DNA of 64,000 nt from Eledone cirrhosa (Eukaryota). The notes under the pieces were generated by a model that was not told the origin of the DNA, searched no databases, and saw only the letters and a program-made list of their open reading frames with translations. The stretch is from positions 308,698,001-308,762,000 of the forward strand of contig OZ024740.1 of assembly GCA_964016885.1 (NCBI GenBank), in the 5' to 3' direction. Both the position numbers and the translations under genes were made by a program. Each line of letters opens with the position of its first letter. Within the stretch, counting starts at the first letter, position 1. This document shows, in pieces, positions 1-13,552 of this stretch.

Positions 1-72
1 TGTCTGTGTGCGAAAGTGTGTGTGAAAGAGAGAGACAGACACGCACAGACAGAGAGAGAAAAAAGAATGTGC

Positions 73-76
<4 letters not shown>

Positions 77-131
<55 letters not shown>
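77..131. repeat. (TG)n microsatellite
   Basis: Pure TG run. Confidence 0.95.
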
Positions 132-132
<1 letters not shown>

Positions 133-849
133 ATGTATGTGTTGGTGCATACATTGTTATTTGTGTATTGATGTAATAGTGCAGCAGACTGAATTTCTAT
201 CACATAGAGGTGATAATGTTAGCAATTGAATATGGCCAGAGAGGTGAATATGTTTTTGAGGTGTTTTGTAGTGGAGTTGGATAGTATGAAAGTCTACTTA
301 CATACAGGTGGTGATTCATAGAAGTAGCTGCACTTGTATGTATTGTTGCTGTTATGTGTAGCCTCATTCAACTTTGCTCAGGCAGTGTTTTTGACATCGA
401 GGTAAATATCCAATGAAATATTTAGCAGCTGTTCCTCACACGCCTAACCTTAGTAGAGTTTAGGGGTATATCATATATTACTATATTCTGTGATTGACTG
501 CATAGGATGCAGTCTAGCTACTAACCACAATACCTCAATGTAATTCCACAAGAATCCAATCTACCCAGAATGGAAACTAAATTTCCTATATCTTAGAAAA
601 AATATGAAATCTTAGGACAATATTTCCAATATTTTAAAGACACTATACTACCACTATATATTCAGTCAACTGAAGTATCTTGGTAATGTGTGAGGAAATA
701 TTGGAAGATCTGGTACCTATTCCAAACATTACACTCTACACATGTCCTGGCTATCATACTACGGGTGATAGAGTATGTTGTTGGGTGTGCAGTATGATAG
801 ATCTACTCTTGTAGCATAACTACCATTTTACTACGTACCTACCACTATA

Positions 850-1097
850 GGCTTTTCACAAGCCAGAAGGCCAGAAGGCTGGTGCTTATCCTGGTTTCAG
901 ATGAAAAGACTGAGAGTACAAGCCTTACCCCTGAACAGGGTTAAATCCCCCCCCCCCAATTCATTTTCAGCTTAGTACATTGGAGCAATGTGGAATGAAG
1001 CATTTTGCTCAAGACTACAGCATGCAACCCAACCCAGGAATCGAACCCTCGGCATTATAATCATAAGTTCAACACCCTTACCACTAGGCTACCGCCC
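850..1097 (-). mobile_element. tRNA-derived CORE-like SINE (family C)
   Basis: On minus strand: A box tagcctagtgg, B box gggttcgattcc, CORE-like gagcaaaatgcttcattccacattgctcca; related copies near 25055-25290 (-) and 43500-43730 (+). Confidence 0.7.
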
Positions 1098-1807
1098 CCA
1101 CTATACCATATACCTATCTCCATACCAGAGATCTATCTTTATCACATGTCACTTCAAGCAGAACAGTCTTGGTACATGAGTACATCTCAACAACAGCTTG
1201 AGCTGACATTGTTATATATATTAGTGAAAACTTTAAAAACAATGTTAGTGTTAGATTTACTTCCAGTCCAAGAGTTACTTAAGATAGGGAAGTCAAGGAT
1301 GAGAAACCAGACCAAACTTTAGACATATAGGTTGTGGGTGTTGGGCAAGGCATATGAGAGTTGGGTTCAACTGGTATATCAGTTTGGTGCTGGAAGAACA
1401 AAGGAGGGGTTTCATGAATATCTTCTGTGGTGTATGCATGTGTGTGTGCGTGTATGTGGTGTATGCACTGTGTGTATGCTGTATATTCTGTGTGTAAATG
1501 TGCATGTGTATGCATGTATGTGGTGTATGCAGTTTGTATGCTGTATGTTCTGTGTGTATACATATGTGTGTGTGCATGTATGTGGTGTATACACTGTGTT
1601 TGCTGTATGTTCTGTGTGTATTTTCTCTGTAATATGTATTCTGTATGTTATTTTGAATGGGTTCTACTGTTTGTATGTTCTGTTTATTGATTAGTTACGT
1701 GTGTGTGCATATACATGTGTGCGTATGTGTACATGTGTGTATGTGTGTGCACATATATATGTGTGTATGTGTGCACATGTGTATGTGTGCGTGTATTTAC
1801 ATTGTAG

Positions 1808-1895
1808 TTCTGGAGAGGGATGGGTGCCAAAAGGAGCAGACCCCCCCGCACCCCTACCTCCCACCCCCCACCGCGCCCGACCACCACCAAGACAG
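1808..1895 (+). other. candidate GC/Pro-rich exon upstream of first recognised ASAP exon
   Basis: cattgtag|...GACAG|gtaagg; ATG at 1820 in frame with the 5137 exon if spliced to it. Confidence 0.3.
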
Positions 1896-3644
1896 GTAAG
1901 GTGAATGTAGTTGTTGAGCTTTAGAATTGACAAATAAACATACCTCCAAATAGAGGATGTGAGGGTGGTAGTGGATATAATTGCAGTTATTGACTCAGGA
2001 CAGAAAATAACACATCCAAACAGCAACAAAGATCATAAATGGACATTATTCATGACTACAACAACAAATACACTTAGGTGAAGACCTCACCCCGGTATTG
2101 GTGTTGTTGAGTCAATTATATATATCTTTTCAGTTCAGAGATGTCGTCATTATTTAACAGAAAATACACGTTAAATGTTGTTTGATGTCTCTCAACTGAA
2201 ACATAATTCCCCCCCCTCTCTCCTCCTCTCTAATAAAGTGTTTAATTCTACAAGCTGTTACCTGGACTTACCAATTAAACATCACAACATAGCCCTAATG
2301 CAGTCGTTCGACTTGCTAGAAATAGCAGCCATCCCTCTCAAATCGCACACTACTGTGTCTTTAAAAAGAAAAGAAAAAAAACAAACGGGAAGAATCACAG
2401 AATAATACCTTAGCTACACAATGTGTGAAAGGTAAAATGGATGGTCATGGCTGGAACAACTTTGTTCACAAGTCTGCTTAATCAGGTCAAACTTCGAGTT
2501 AAGTAACAATAAAAACAACCTTACTTAAAATACATCTGCTTTTCCATGATTGCACAGGTTTGACGGATCCTCTTCAAAACAGCCTCTCACCCCTTGTTGC
2601 GTTCCTTTGTCAACTACTTTGTGAGGGTCCATATCTTGAGATTAGACTTCACCACTTCTTGTTCCACGATGGCTTCCTTCCACCTTGGAACTCTTTATAC
2701 ATCTTTACTCACCTATCATCATCCATGTGACTTCAGTACTTCCTCATCGAAGTGTTTTAACAGCATATAAGAAATAGATTTTAAATAAGTGTCAGTTTCA
2801 ATGAAGAATTTTTAAGTGTGATGCTAAGTCAAGGGAAATAACTGCTGTAATGGGTACTCATATAATATGTGAAAGTTATGTCCCTTGTTTAATCAATTTA
2901 TTTTTTAGTCTTGATTATAACATTCTAGGATTGAGTATTTCTGTTGCAATCGACAAAATAGTTAAATATGCAGATAAATGTAAAGGATAAACAATTAGAT
3001 ATCTATATATATATAAAAGGATCGTATGGGAAATGTTTACAGCAGGCTAAAAAAAAAAAAATTTTAGAATTCTGTTATACTAGATATAGGAACAAAAATA
3101 AGTTTTTATTATTCACAGTAGTATAAATAATATTACAAATTGTTTATAATTCTTAATGAAAATATAGACACATATAATAAATACAATTAATTATTGCTAG
3201 GAACTTCACAAATATAATTGTTTCTACTTTAGGCACAAGGCCAGCAATTACCCAGTGCATTACTGGTACTTCACAAATATAATGCACAAAAATATATCTA
3301 TTTTAATCAAATTGCCTATTTGTAATTAATTAATTAGTTCCCTATTAAATGTTGTGAGGGTACTTGGTTGTATAGCCTCGCCATCACCTGCGGTAATGCT
3401 GCGAGTATATTGGTTTGCATCAAAATATTCTGTTGACCCTTGTGATGTGATGTGCGGCCGATTGTCACACACGGTGGTGAATTGATAGTCGTTTTTGCTA
3501 TTGTTTCTTTCTCTCGCTCTGATCATATATTTTAGTATGTTGTATTTGTGAGATACCTAGCAATAGTTAATTGTATTTATTATATGTGTTTATATTTTCA
3601 TTTTAAAAGAATTGTAAACAATTTGTGATGTTATTTATACAACT

Positions 3645-4105
3645 ATAACATTCAAATTTTCAATCCATAAACTCAGATCTGTCAACTCTCCCCGTCCGAT
3701 GTGGAGATCTCCCACCCATTTTGGTGTGGTGAGATAAGTCTTCTCTTGTGAAAATGAGTATAGCTTTCATTGGTGGATTGGCAGTATCGGTAAAGGGTCG
3801 GACGCCATGCTTTGCAGCAAAGAGTTACGGCCCTTTATGATCTGAGTTCAAATCCCACCGAGGTTAACTTTGCCTTTCATCCATACTGGGTCGATAAAAT
3901 AAAGTACCAGTAATGCACTGGGATAATTGCTGGCCTTGTGCCAAAAGTAGAAATAATTATGTAAAATCTCCCCATTTTGCCTCATTTCTCTCCATTTTAG
4001 GGCACTTTTTTCATAATACTCCCTGTTTGGGTTTTTAGAGGTTGGCAGGTATGGTGGATATGTAAGAGATACTTTGAGCTTATGGATTAAAAATTTGAAT
4101 GTTAT
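3645..4105. mobile_element. MITE with ~30-bp TIRs and 10-bp TSD (Mutator-like)
   Basis: TIRs ataacattcaaattttcaatccataa / ttatggattaaaaatttgaatgttat; TSD ttatacaact at 3635-3644 and 4106-4115. Confidence 0.75.
3773..3960 (+). mobile_element. tRNA-derived SINE family A, full length
   Basis: A box tggcagtatcgg, B box gagttcaaatcc, tail ggccttgtgccaaaagtagaaataattat; near-identical copies at 51810-51995 and 52457-52645. Confidence 0.85.
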
Positions 4106-4380
4106 TTATACAACTGTGAATAAAATTTCTTCCTATTAAATGCCTATAACATTTTACATGTGTTAACTATAAAACTCACCTGGCTTTGTTCATTTACTTG
4201 TGATGTAATACCAACATCAGTTATCACTATGACATGAAGCTGAGGGGATTAGATAATGATATAGAGGCTGACAGCAGGGTACAGAGAAAGTGGAGACAGC
4301 AGTTTATATCACGACTTCATGGGGCTGAAAAATGGAATATCATAATTTTTGCCAGTACTTAGTGTTGCTTAGTTGTTGAT

Positions 4381-4412
<32 letters not shown>

Positions 4413-5136
4413 GTCAAAACTGTTAACTGTTTGTTGTAAACCTATTTTATATTTCCTACTGTAGCCCCTTGCTATCATCATCATCGACCACAGCAGTAAC
4501 CCTGTCATTTACCAGGATGTTGTAATACTTTTGATAAGTCAGACAAATATTCTCTATATCTTTCATGATATCCATACCTATATATTCCTTCATATTATTT
4601 CCTCCTGCTGATACCGTTCCTTGCAAGGTCCTATGACATACATCAAATAATGTATCTATAATTATATCTATGTCTAAAGTAAACTTTATGTGAATTCATG
4701 GCATTGAAATGACAACAGTCTCAAAAGTTTCATGGTTTGGCTAGATTGCATGATTGACATAAGTTGACATTTCTTCAGTTGTCGATTTGACTACAGTCTC
4801 AATTTATAAATATATATAAATCATTTATGTAAGTCTGTTTACCAATGGGTAGAACTTTGTTTTGGTAAACGATGATGCACCAAATTAATTAAAGCACTCA
4901 ACATTATGCAAGGAATTTATTCTCAATTTAGAAGATAAATAACATTACAAATCTATATTATAATAAGAGCTCTTATCAAGTGTGTATTTCCTTTTTATGA
5001 TGGTAGGGCTGTGATAGGTGCACCATTCTAGACATGGGGTAAAATATAATGCTCTAACTGTAAAACCGTTTCTACATGCAAATCAAATGTCCCTTGTTAT
5101 CTTGAAATGTCTTCTATCTTTTCTTTATATTTACAG

Positions 5137-5198
5137 GGGAAGCTTTCCTGAAGTTCTCACGAGTTACCAAAGAGCTCTCAGCTTTGATGAAAAATCTG
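5137..5198 (+). CDS. ASAP: ASAP exon, BAR domain (G-EAFLKFSRVTKELSALMKNL)
   Basis: ttacag|GG...CTG|gtcagt; phase 1 to 0; resembles ASAP1 GTAFVKFSTLTKELSTLLKNL. Confidence 0.93.
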
Positions 5199-5256
5199 GT
5201 CAGTTCTCAAAACTCTTCTTTTCTCTTGCTCTCCTAACTACTGCTGCTGTTCATAT

Positions 5257-5292
<36 letters not shown>

Positions 5293-6857
5293 CACTGTTC
5301 TACAGAATACTTCAACCCACATACATTAATAGGCCACAACATTGACCTAGATATAAACAAACTTTGTGCATGTATTTGAAAGAGTTATCAAAACGTATTA
5401 AAAGTTCTTTAAAATATATTTTTAAAATTCTATTTCATAAGTTTTTATTTTATGTTTATATTTGAAAGTGTCATTGTGAAGTATGAAATTTTTCAAATGA
5501 TTTTCAAATGTTTTTCAAAATTTTCAAACGTTTTTCAAAATTCATTCAAATATTTTGTACTTACAGTAGAAATCTATATAGCTTAAAGTATGTATTTTTT
5601 CCTCAATATTATGTGCTTTATAAATATATACAAAATACTGTGTGTTTTTCAAATGATATGTGGCTCTTTCTCTCTCTCTTTCTATATATATATCTTTTAA
5701 TTTGACTTATTGATGCTCTGGGCCAATGTCCATTGAGCTTTTCTATTGAGAAACATGATCATCATAACATTATATATGTTATGATACTTTAACTTAGTAT
5801 ATGTATACTCAGAGAGAGAGATCATCATCATTTAATGTCCACTTTCCTTGCTTGCAAGGGTTAAACAGGTCTTCACAAACTGAGTCTGTACTGAAGTGGG
5901 GCCACTGACCTCCCACTCCCAAACAGGCTGAGGATTTGCATCTCAATTACATATGGTTCCATATTCTACCAAGTGCATTTTATTGTGACACCAGCACCAG
6001 AGAGGTTGTCATATATCTAACACAACTGGAAGGTCCTCCAAACGTTTTCTGTGGCAAGCTTTCTACAGCTAGATGCCCTTCCTAATACCAACCACTTTAC
6101 TGTGTGTGTGTGTACTGGGTGCTTTTATTGTGTAAATCACTAGCACTATGGCAGTTGTCATGTCCTTGACATAACTGGAAGGCCTTCCCAGCCCTTTGTT
6201 TGGCAAGTGTTCTGTGGCTGGATACTTTATTTTTATTGATCTTGGAAGGATGAAAGGTAAAGTTAATCTCAGTGTGATTTGAACTTAGATGAGAACCAGA
6301 ACATATACTGCAAAACATTTTGTCCTAGGTTTTAACGATTTTGACAATTCACCCTAATTCGTCTTTAAGTCTTAACATCCTGTACTATATGAAATCATTT
6401 TGTGATATCATGTACTACAGGATGTTAAGGGACATTCAAAGTGTTCCTGAAAAGTACAAAACAGCTTTGTGACTGCATCACATTAAAAAATAAAGTCTTT
6501 ACTCTAATAACTGGAAATGTTCACAACGTGTCCACTACTGAAGATACTATAAACATTTGAATTAACAAACCTGTTTTTAGATATTGTCTACTAAATCATT
6601 ACAGGATGTTAAGAGTTAAGAAAATCTATGATAAAATGTTTCATTCATGAACATGTATATTATTTTGTATATACAGGAATACTTAATCCAGTGTGTTTTT
6701 ACATTTTTTAAGAGAATAGGGTGTGATTTGAGAGAGATTTGACTGCTCTTTCTAGCCAATCGAGTGACCATGAAGAGGCTTCTCTGTTTGTATATCAAGC
6801 ACCTGCATATTATTGTTGTTGTTATACTAAGTCCCTTTCCTTCTCTCTTTAAACCAG

Positions 6858-6982
6858 ATACAAAGCCTGAACAACATTCTGTTGTTTCCTCTTGATACAT
6901 TCCTGAAGGGAGAGTTGAAAGGAGTGAAAGGGGACCTGAAGAAACCATTTGATAAAGCTACAAAGGAGTATGAGACAAAATT
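6858..6982 (+). CDS. ASAP: ASAP exon, BAR (IQSLNNILLFPLDTFLKGELKGVKGDLKKPFDKATKEYETK)
   Basis: accag|ATA...TT|gtgagt; phase 0 to 2. Confidence 0.96.
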
Positions 6983-7226
6983 GTGAGTATCACTTCTACC
7001 TTCCCTTTTCTTCTTAGATGTTTCCTTTCTTTTCTCTTGTAGTGTCCACCATACCCCATTCCGTACTCAACCACACAACTACATTGCCTCATTATCTACC
7101 TACTTTAATACTACAGTCATTCTTTAATATACCCTACCTCGCTCTTGGATAATATAGTCCTATGTATATATATATTCACACAAACACACACACACACACA
7201 CACATAGACACACACACACACTCACA

Positions 7227-7414
7227 CAAGAGGGTGCTGAGAAGTTCCTGGCTTTAAGGGTATCACAAAAGGATAGAGCTGTTACCTTTACAGGGGAGGT
7301 AGGACCACTGCAATTAGTATGTGAATCTGAGAGGGGAATATGTTGAATAAAATCAGAACTGATCTTCCTGTATTTTCTTCTACACAAAGCTAGGAGTTTT
7401 TCAGCACCCCCTTA
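7227..7414. mobile_element. mariner-type MITE
   Basis: TIRs caagagggtgctgagaagttcctggcttt / aaagctaggagtttttcagcaccccctta. Confidence 0.7.
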
Positions 7415-9224
7415 CAATGGATAATGTAATCCTAAACACCCTATTATCAGAATGAGACAGGGGGTTCATAGTTGAAAGGTCTTTGAACATAGGTCTACCT
7501 AGTCAGAAGTTACCTAGGGCTAAAGTACACCAATACCTAGCATCATTGTCTGCTCTAACTCAATACTCCAACCACTAGTATCTATTCTAACTAACTTCCC
7601 AGAAAATATTTTATCTTACTACTTTTAACTCCACTTTCATCTACCCAAATTCATAACATTTCTGCCACCAGTATCTACCCTACCTTACTACAAATATGTC
7701 ACTAGTATCTACCTATCCTATGTCAGTTCTACAATGCTGCCAGTCAAGTCAGTGAGACATCTCCTACATAGTCCTTTGACCTACCAGGAAGAACGGCCAA
7801 ATTCCCTTAAACACTACACCTTCTTAGTAAAGGAAATGTTTGAGATTAGTCTCGGGTTTCCTGCACATAAGAAAAGATCAGGCTGATTAAAACAGGAATT
7901 CATTTGATCACAAGTCTGCTTGATTATGGTCAACCTTGGGTTAAACCGCAACAAAAACTCCCCTACCTCACTTCTTCTTTTATCTCTAACTGGCAGTTGG
8001 AGGAGGTGGTCCTCTCAACTAATACGCTGGATGATGGACTCTGATGCTGATGTTCTTCCATGCTTTTCTATCCATGCCACTGACCTTACCATGCTTGAAG
8101 TTGAGACACTACAATTTTAGGTCTTCTCAATTTTTTTCACCCATATTTTCTTCGGTGTGCTGCGCTGAATTTCTCCAGTGCATGGGTCGCTGTCATGACA
8201 AAAGTTGGTGTGGTTATCTTCCAGTGTTCATCCTGCAGACATGGCCAAACCACTGTAGCCTGGGTTGCCGGATTTGGTCTTCAATGGTCAGCAGCTGCTG
8301 CTGGCATTATTCTCAGATGTTGTTGTTTGAGATTCGGTCGTGTAGAGAGAGACCAAGGAGAGAGACCTGGCCTCACTACTCATAGAATAATGATGGTGGC
8401 CAGTCAGAGATATTTGGACAAATGTGAAGTTGAACAAATATTGTTGATAATTTGTTAGTATGGAATTAAAGAGAGGTGAAGTTTGAGGGGTAAAGTTGTA
8501 ATGTAGACTGGTTATTTGTAAATGACTGCTGAATAAGAATTGTAAATCTTTTTATAATCGATGGGAATGTGTGTGTGTGTTGTTGTTGTTCTAAGCAAGA
8601 CAACAGATCTAACTTAGTCTATGTAGACCTGTCCAACCCTTGCTAGCAGGGAAAGCAGACATTAAAACGATGATGATGTATGCATTTGTGGATTGGTGTT
8701 ATAGCTTTCTGTAGTGCTATTACATATGTGTGGTGTACTTGGTTGTACATTTGCTGGTATGGTTTGTAATTCTACTCTTGTACAAGGGGTCAGATACATA
8801 AAATGTGTCTAAATGTATGTATAAAATGTATATATTTTCTATGATATATTAGTTGAAGCTAATGAGTCGTTAACCCATAAAAGCTGTCAGCAATTTCTAT
8901 CAGATGATTTGTTTGACCATCTGTTAAAGAGAAAGAGATGAAAAACCAAGATATTTGTTAATTGAATATTTAAGATTGGTTTCCTGTATACAAAACAAAT
9001 GAATATACTAGCATGGAAAATGGACGTTAAACATTGATGGTGATGATAAATACTTCTATAAAATAACAGTTTCCATTGATACTTGATTCAAAGAATTTGA
9101 TACTATCATAGAAGATTTGTAAATGTGTTCCACAGCTGTTCAATATGTCAACAAATATCAATGTTGAGGCATTGGAAAGAAAGCATGGTACAATTTCCTT
9201 GTGACAGATGCTCAGGAGGATTAA

Positions 9225-9799
9225 CCCTTCCATGACCAATGGAGGCACATGGCTTAGTGGTTAGAGCATTGGCCTTGCAATCGAAAGGTTGTGAGTTCAA
9301 TTCTCAGACCGGGTGATGTGTTGTTTCCTTGAGCAAGACACTTTATTTCACATTGCTCCAGTTTACTCAACTGTAGAAATGAGATGATAGGGACTGGGGT
9401 CCCTATCATTCCACTGCAAAGTGGACGTGGAAGTGCCACAACAAAAAAGCACCCAGCACTCACTGTAAATGAGGTTGGTGTTAGGAAGGGCATCCAGCTG
9501 TAGAAATCAAGCCAGAATCAGTTCCCGTCCCACCCTTGCAAGCAGGGAAAAGTGGACGTAAAAATTATGATATATATATATATATGACCACATTTCTAAT
9601 GAAATACACTCTATTTTAATTAATTAATGAAGAATTTTGAGGGATTTACTAAAATGATTAATTATTTCCTGACTAAGGTAGTAACTTAATGTAAGGTTCT
9701 TGTATAAAATTATGTTAGAAGATTTTAATTAAAATTGGAAAGCTTTAAAAGGGTTGGTTTTTATTTCATAGAACCAGAGCCAGGTTGGTAATTAAAGGG
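9225..9799. mobile_element. piggyBac-type MITE interrupted by SINE B
   Basis: TTAA|CCC at 9221 and GGG|TTAA at 9800; an uninterrupted paralogue lies at about 49638-49846. Confidence 0.8.
9239..9570 (+). mobile_element. tRNA/CORE-like SINE family B with RTE-LINE tail
   Basis: A box tggcttagtgg, B box gagttcaattc, CORE-like ccttgagcaagacactttatttcacattgctccag, LINE-shared tail; atgacca on both sides (likely TSD). Confidence 0.88.
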
Positions 9800-10438
9800 T
9801 TAAACACTAAGTGCAAATGTAAAATAGATACACTCAGTTGCCAGGGAGGCTCCTTAGAATTTGTTGACAACTTTTGTTACCTAAGTGACCAAATAAGCAG
9901 CAGAGGAGATACTCTGAAAGTGTGATAGTTGACAACAAAGGGTGAGAGTGAGAGATAGACTGGGCTATTCTTCCCATCACTAGATCCCACCTCTTTGCAT
10001 CTGATTTCACTTATGACCTGTTTTTCCTCTTCAGCTCATCCTTGCTACATCGTCCATACACACTAACATTGCACATCCACCGGAGCATGCTCTCTTCATT
10101 TCTTTCCTCTGCATTCGCTGCTCATTTCTCACTACCATGCAACAGAGTTCACAGCTCCCTGAATATTTTCCATCTTCTTATTCTGGCTACTATGCTTTCA
10201 GAGCAATCTTCTCCACTGTTAATTTGGTTACCTAGGTAACAGAAGCTATCAACTACTTCTATGGAACCTTCCTTGGATTGGAAAAGGTATATTTCGCTGG
10301 TACTCTGTTACCAACTATCCTTGTGCACCTGCCACATACACAAGTCTACCTTTGATATTAGTCTGCCTGCAATCACACTACACCTATTGTATACTCATAT
10401 TTTACATTTAGTACACCATATAGAATTCATACCTGCAT

Positions 10439-10785
10439 ATGGAGGCACATGGCTTAGTGGTTAGAGCATTGGCCTTGCAATCGAAAGGTTGTGAGTTCAA
10501 TTCTCAGACCGGGTGGTGTGTTGTTTCCTTGAGCAAGACACTTTATTTCAAATTGCTCCAGTTTACTCAGCTGTAGAAATGAGATGATAGGGACTGAGGT
10601 CCTTATCATTCCACTGCAAAGTGGTCGTGTAGGTGCCACGGCAAAAAAGCACCCAGCACTCACTGTAAATGAGGTTGGTGTTAGGAAGGGCATCCAGCTG
10701 TAGAAATCAAGCCAGAATCAGTTCCCGTCCCACCCTTGCAAGCAGGGAAAAGCGGACGTAAAATGAAATGATGATGAATGATGAT
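10439..10785 (+). mobile_element. SINE family B, full length
   Basis: Near-identical to 9239-9570; ends in (tga)n. Confidence 0.88.
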
Positions 10786-11099
10786 ATTGAACCTGGTTGT
10801 TCAAATGTTAATATCAGAGTTTTGTCTTCTTTCCTACTTATTGAAACTTCCTTCTCCATCCCCACCTTCCTTTCCAAGTGGAAATTGAAAAGTCAATGAG
10901 GGCTTGGCTAAAGAGAGAATGTGTCTGTCTTCAGTCCTTTCGGCTTTGTCCACCACACAGTTTCTTTTATTATAACCCCCAAAGAAGCTGGCAGGCCAAT
11001 CTTCACACTGGAGTTAGCTGATAGCTAAATCTATCTTACATGTAACAAAACTCTACAAATAATCAATGCAGAATAGTTTCACTATCTTGTGCACATTTC

Positions 11100-12430
11100 A
11101 AATAGACCTGTTTCACAGCACTTTCTATAGAGTTTGTTTCAAACTGGTAGTGTACACCAATAACACTTCTATGCCAGAGATCTCTGGAAATTATCTATAT
11201 TGCTTGAGCCAAATGTCCACCAGAACAGACTAGTTAGTTCATCCTGGTTGATGCCTAGAGTTGCCCCAATAACATAGTTGCCCACCACAAGTCCTTTACA
11301 GAAGGCTAATATAGAATTTCCGCAAACCACAATACATAACAGGTAAAGGGCTATGAGTGGCCTTCCAGAGGCCAGGCACCCGACCTTGGTCATTGCTTGA
11401 CCCAATACTGCAGCTCAGTCAAAGAAGAGATGAACTGTGGAAAGTTGTGCTTGATAAAGGGGGAATGAACCACACTTTATCACTGTCTAGGAATGTTCGT
11501 ATATCCTGCAGTCTCAGTGCATGTTGTTCATCAATAGCCATAGTATGCTGAACCTTCCACATAAAGAATACTGACTGCAGATAGACCACCTGACTGGTGG
11601 AAAACATCCCTTCATAAGAAATTAAAGAGCAGATACTCCTGTCAGATGAGGTGAAAACTGGGGAAAGAGACAATGATCAGGCAACAATATATGATGGAGG
11701 TAATGTACACATTCACCACTTCTGCCTGACCTTTCTGGAAAATCTTTCTCTCAGCCCATTTCTGGGTGAGCCTGGTTACTATACCTTTAGCCTCATCCCT
11801 GTTGATATCCACCTGAAGGTCCAGGCCAAACAAGACCCCAAGCAACTTAACTGGTCCATTTGTCCACTGCCCCACGTACCAAGCTGCAAACCTGCTAGCT
11901 TTTCTGGGTTCATTTTTGCTCCTTTGAAAGGTGCCAACCACCTTTTTTTCTGATGAATTTGATACCATTATGGTGTTGTCGTCTACATATGACAACACAG
12001 CTCTACCATATCCAAGTTCAAGCAGGATACCTTTAACAGCGCCAGTTTTTGTAGTAGTGGTTCAAAAGTTGGCACATTCAGAGACAGGAAAGGACATGCT
12101 GGATCGACTGAATGCATGATCTGAAAAGGTTCTGATAGATAGCCATTTACTCTGAGCAGATACTGTTTTTCATTCAAGCAATCCAACCTCTGAATGAGAC
12201 TGAAACTGATTGCTTTGAGGTCCAACCACTGCTGTTATCAACTTTTCACAACACTCTGCATCTTCGATATGTGGGAGGCTGTCGAGGTAGGATCTAGAGT
12301 TCACTACCATCTCCCTCCTTTCACTGTTGTTATTGTTGTCTAGTCCTAAGTCAGTCAGAATTGAGCAAAGGCAGTTCACTAATAACCATCCTGTATTTTT
12401 TCCTATGTTCAGAGAACCCACAACCACTTT
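11100..12430 (-). mobile_element. decayed L1/Tx1-like LINE ORF2 (EN start, RT)
   Basis: Minus ORF fragments MVVGSLN, LRVNGYLSEPFQI, SYVDDNTI, VKLLGVLFG, W.ERK; frameshifts and deletions. Confidence 0.75.
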
Positions 12431-12793
12431 TTCTAATGTATCACTTTCTAAGTTGGTGGGTTGCTATTTGAGAGAGATTTGACTGCTATTTTGAGCAAGT
12501 TGAGTAACCAGGTGAAGGCTCCCTCCACAAAGGATGGAGGCGAGTGGTGAGATGCTGAGATCTGTCAAATCCATGACAGCAAGGAAAAACAGATGGAAAA
12601 TGATGATGATGGTTTATATTTGTTCATTCAAAACTGAGAATTCACTCAGTAGTCATGGAGTGAAACCCCAGGTTTCAGTGAATTAGTACACTCCACTACA
12701 TATATTGAGTACTGCTTTCTGTTGTTTGTATATTCAGACATTCACACATATTTGTGCATGACTTCTCATGTGAACTCATTTCTTCTGTTTCAG

Positions 12794-12869
12794 TACAAAA
12801 ATAGAAAAAGAAAAGAAACAGCAAGCAAAAGAAGTAGGAATGATTCGCTCTGAAGTGTCCGGCCCTGAG
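12794..12869 (+). CDS. ASAP: ASAP exon, BAR (TKIEKEKKQQAKEVGMIRSEVSGPE)
   Basis: tttcag|T...GAG|gtatat; phase 2 to 0. Confidence 0.95.
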
Positions 12870-13019
12870 GTATATATAACATACGCTACCCTCCATATGT
12901 GTATGTGTATGTAAATCACAATACAGTCTATGTATCTTTATCTAGGTTACTGAATTGCCTTTTTAAATTTTCATTCTGTAAGAATCATTTTAAATGTTTG
13001 TCTATAGTCATTGTGGCTT

Positions 13020-13530
13020 CACATGAAAAATGTCTTATTATTCCAGCTCCCTGCACTCAGAGACAATAACAAAATCAATTATTGATCTCTGTCCCCAATC
13101 TTCCTTATACAATGTGTATTTATGGATGTCTTTGTGCTGGAAAAAGGTGTTAATAATAGAAAGTCCAATACTAGGACAGTCTAATAAGGCTTCTCCATTC
13201 ATATTTAGTTTGGGATCACCGTTCATTCCAATCACTCCTTTCCATGTCAGGTGGTTAGTGTCAACATGTACATTGAAGTCTCCCATTAGGATATATGACT
13301 CAGTCTTAACTACATCTAATGTTGCAGTGACTTCAGCAAGGAAGCATCTGTAGATCTGTATTCAGATTCTTTGTTTGGTGCACCACCCACAGGTACCTTC
13401 CTTTCAACCTAAGCTTCAAGAGGCAAAACCTCCCTCCTAATGGGATCCTGTCCATATCACACTCCAGCAGCCAGGGACTTGTGAATATCACCACTCTTGC
13501 CTGGGCAGTAATTTCTGGCACCATACCTGA
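13020..13530 (-). mobile_element. LINE apurinic endonuclease fragment (RTE-like)
   Basis: MGDFNVHV...NMNGEALLD...INTFFQHKDIHKYT...RSIIDFVIVS. Confidence 0.85.
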
Positions 13531-13552
13531 ATGTTGCTATTTTTTCTTACAG

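Larger units (their letters stand above)
3100..4130. mobile_element. AT-rich foldback element with nested insertions
   Basis: About 3100-3300 is the reverse complement of about 3525-3644 plus 4106-4128 (e.g. atacaattaattattgctag / ctagcaatagttaattgtat). Confidence 0.7.

Noticed and set aside
1279-1800. His/Thr- and Val/Cys-rich ORFs
   Set aside because: Translations of TG/TA low-complexity sequence; the same applies at 28321, 30216 and 63485-63867.
9241-9312. tRNA gene
   Set aside because: A and B boxes are present, but the sequence continues into a CORE-like block and LINE tail in four copies, so it is a SINE head. The same applies to family A heads.
9254-9493. Repeated ORF MPFLTPTSFTVSAGCFF (also 10454, 30486, 32288)
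   Set aside because: Antisense reading of SINE B or the LINE 3' UTR, not a gene family.
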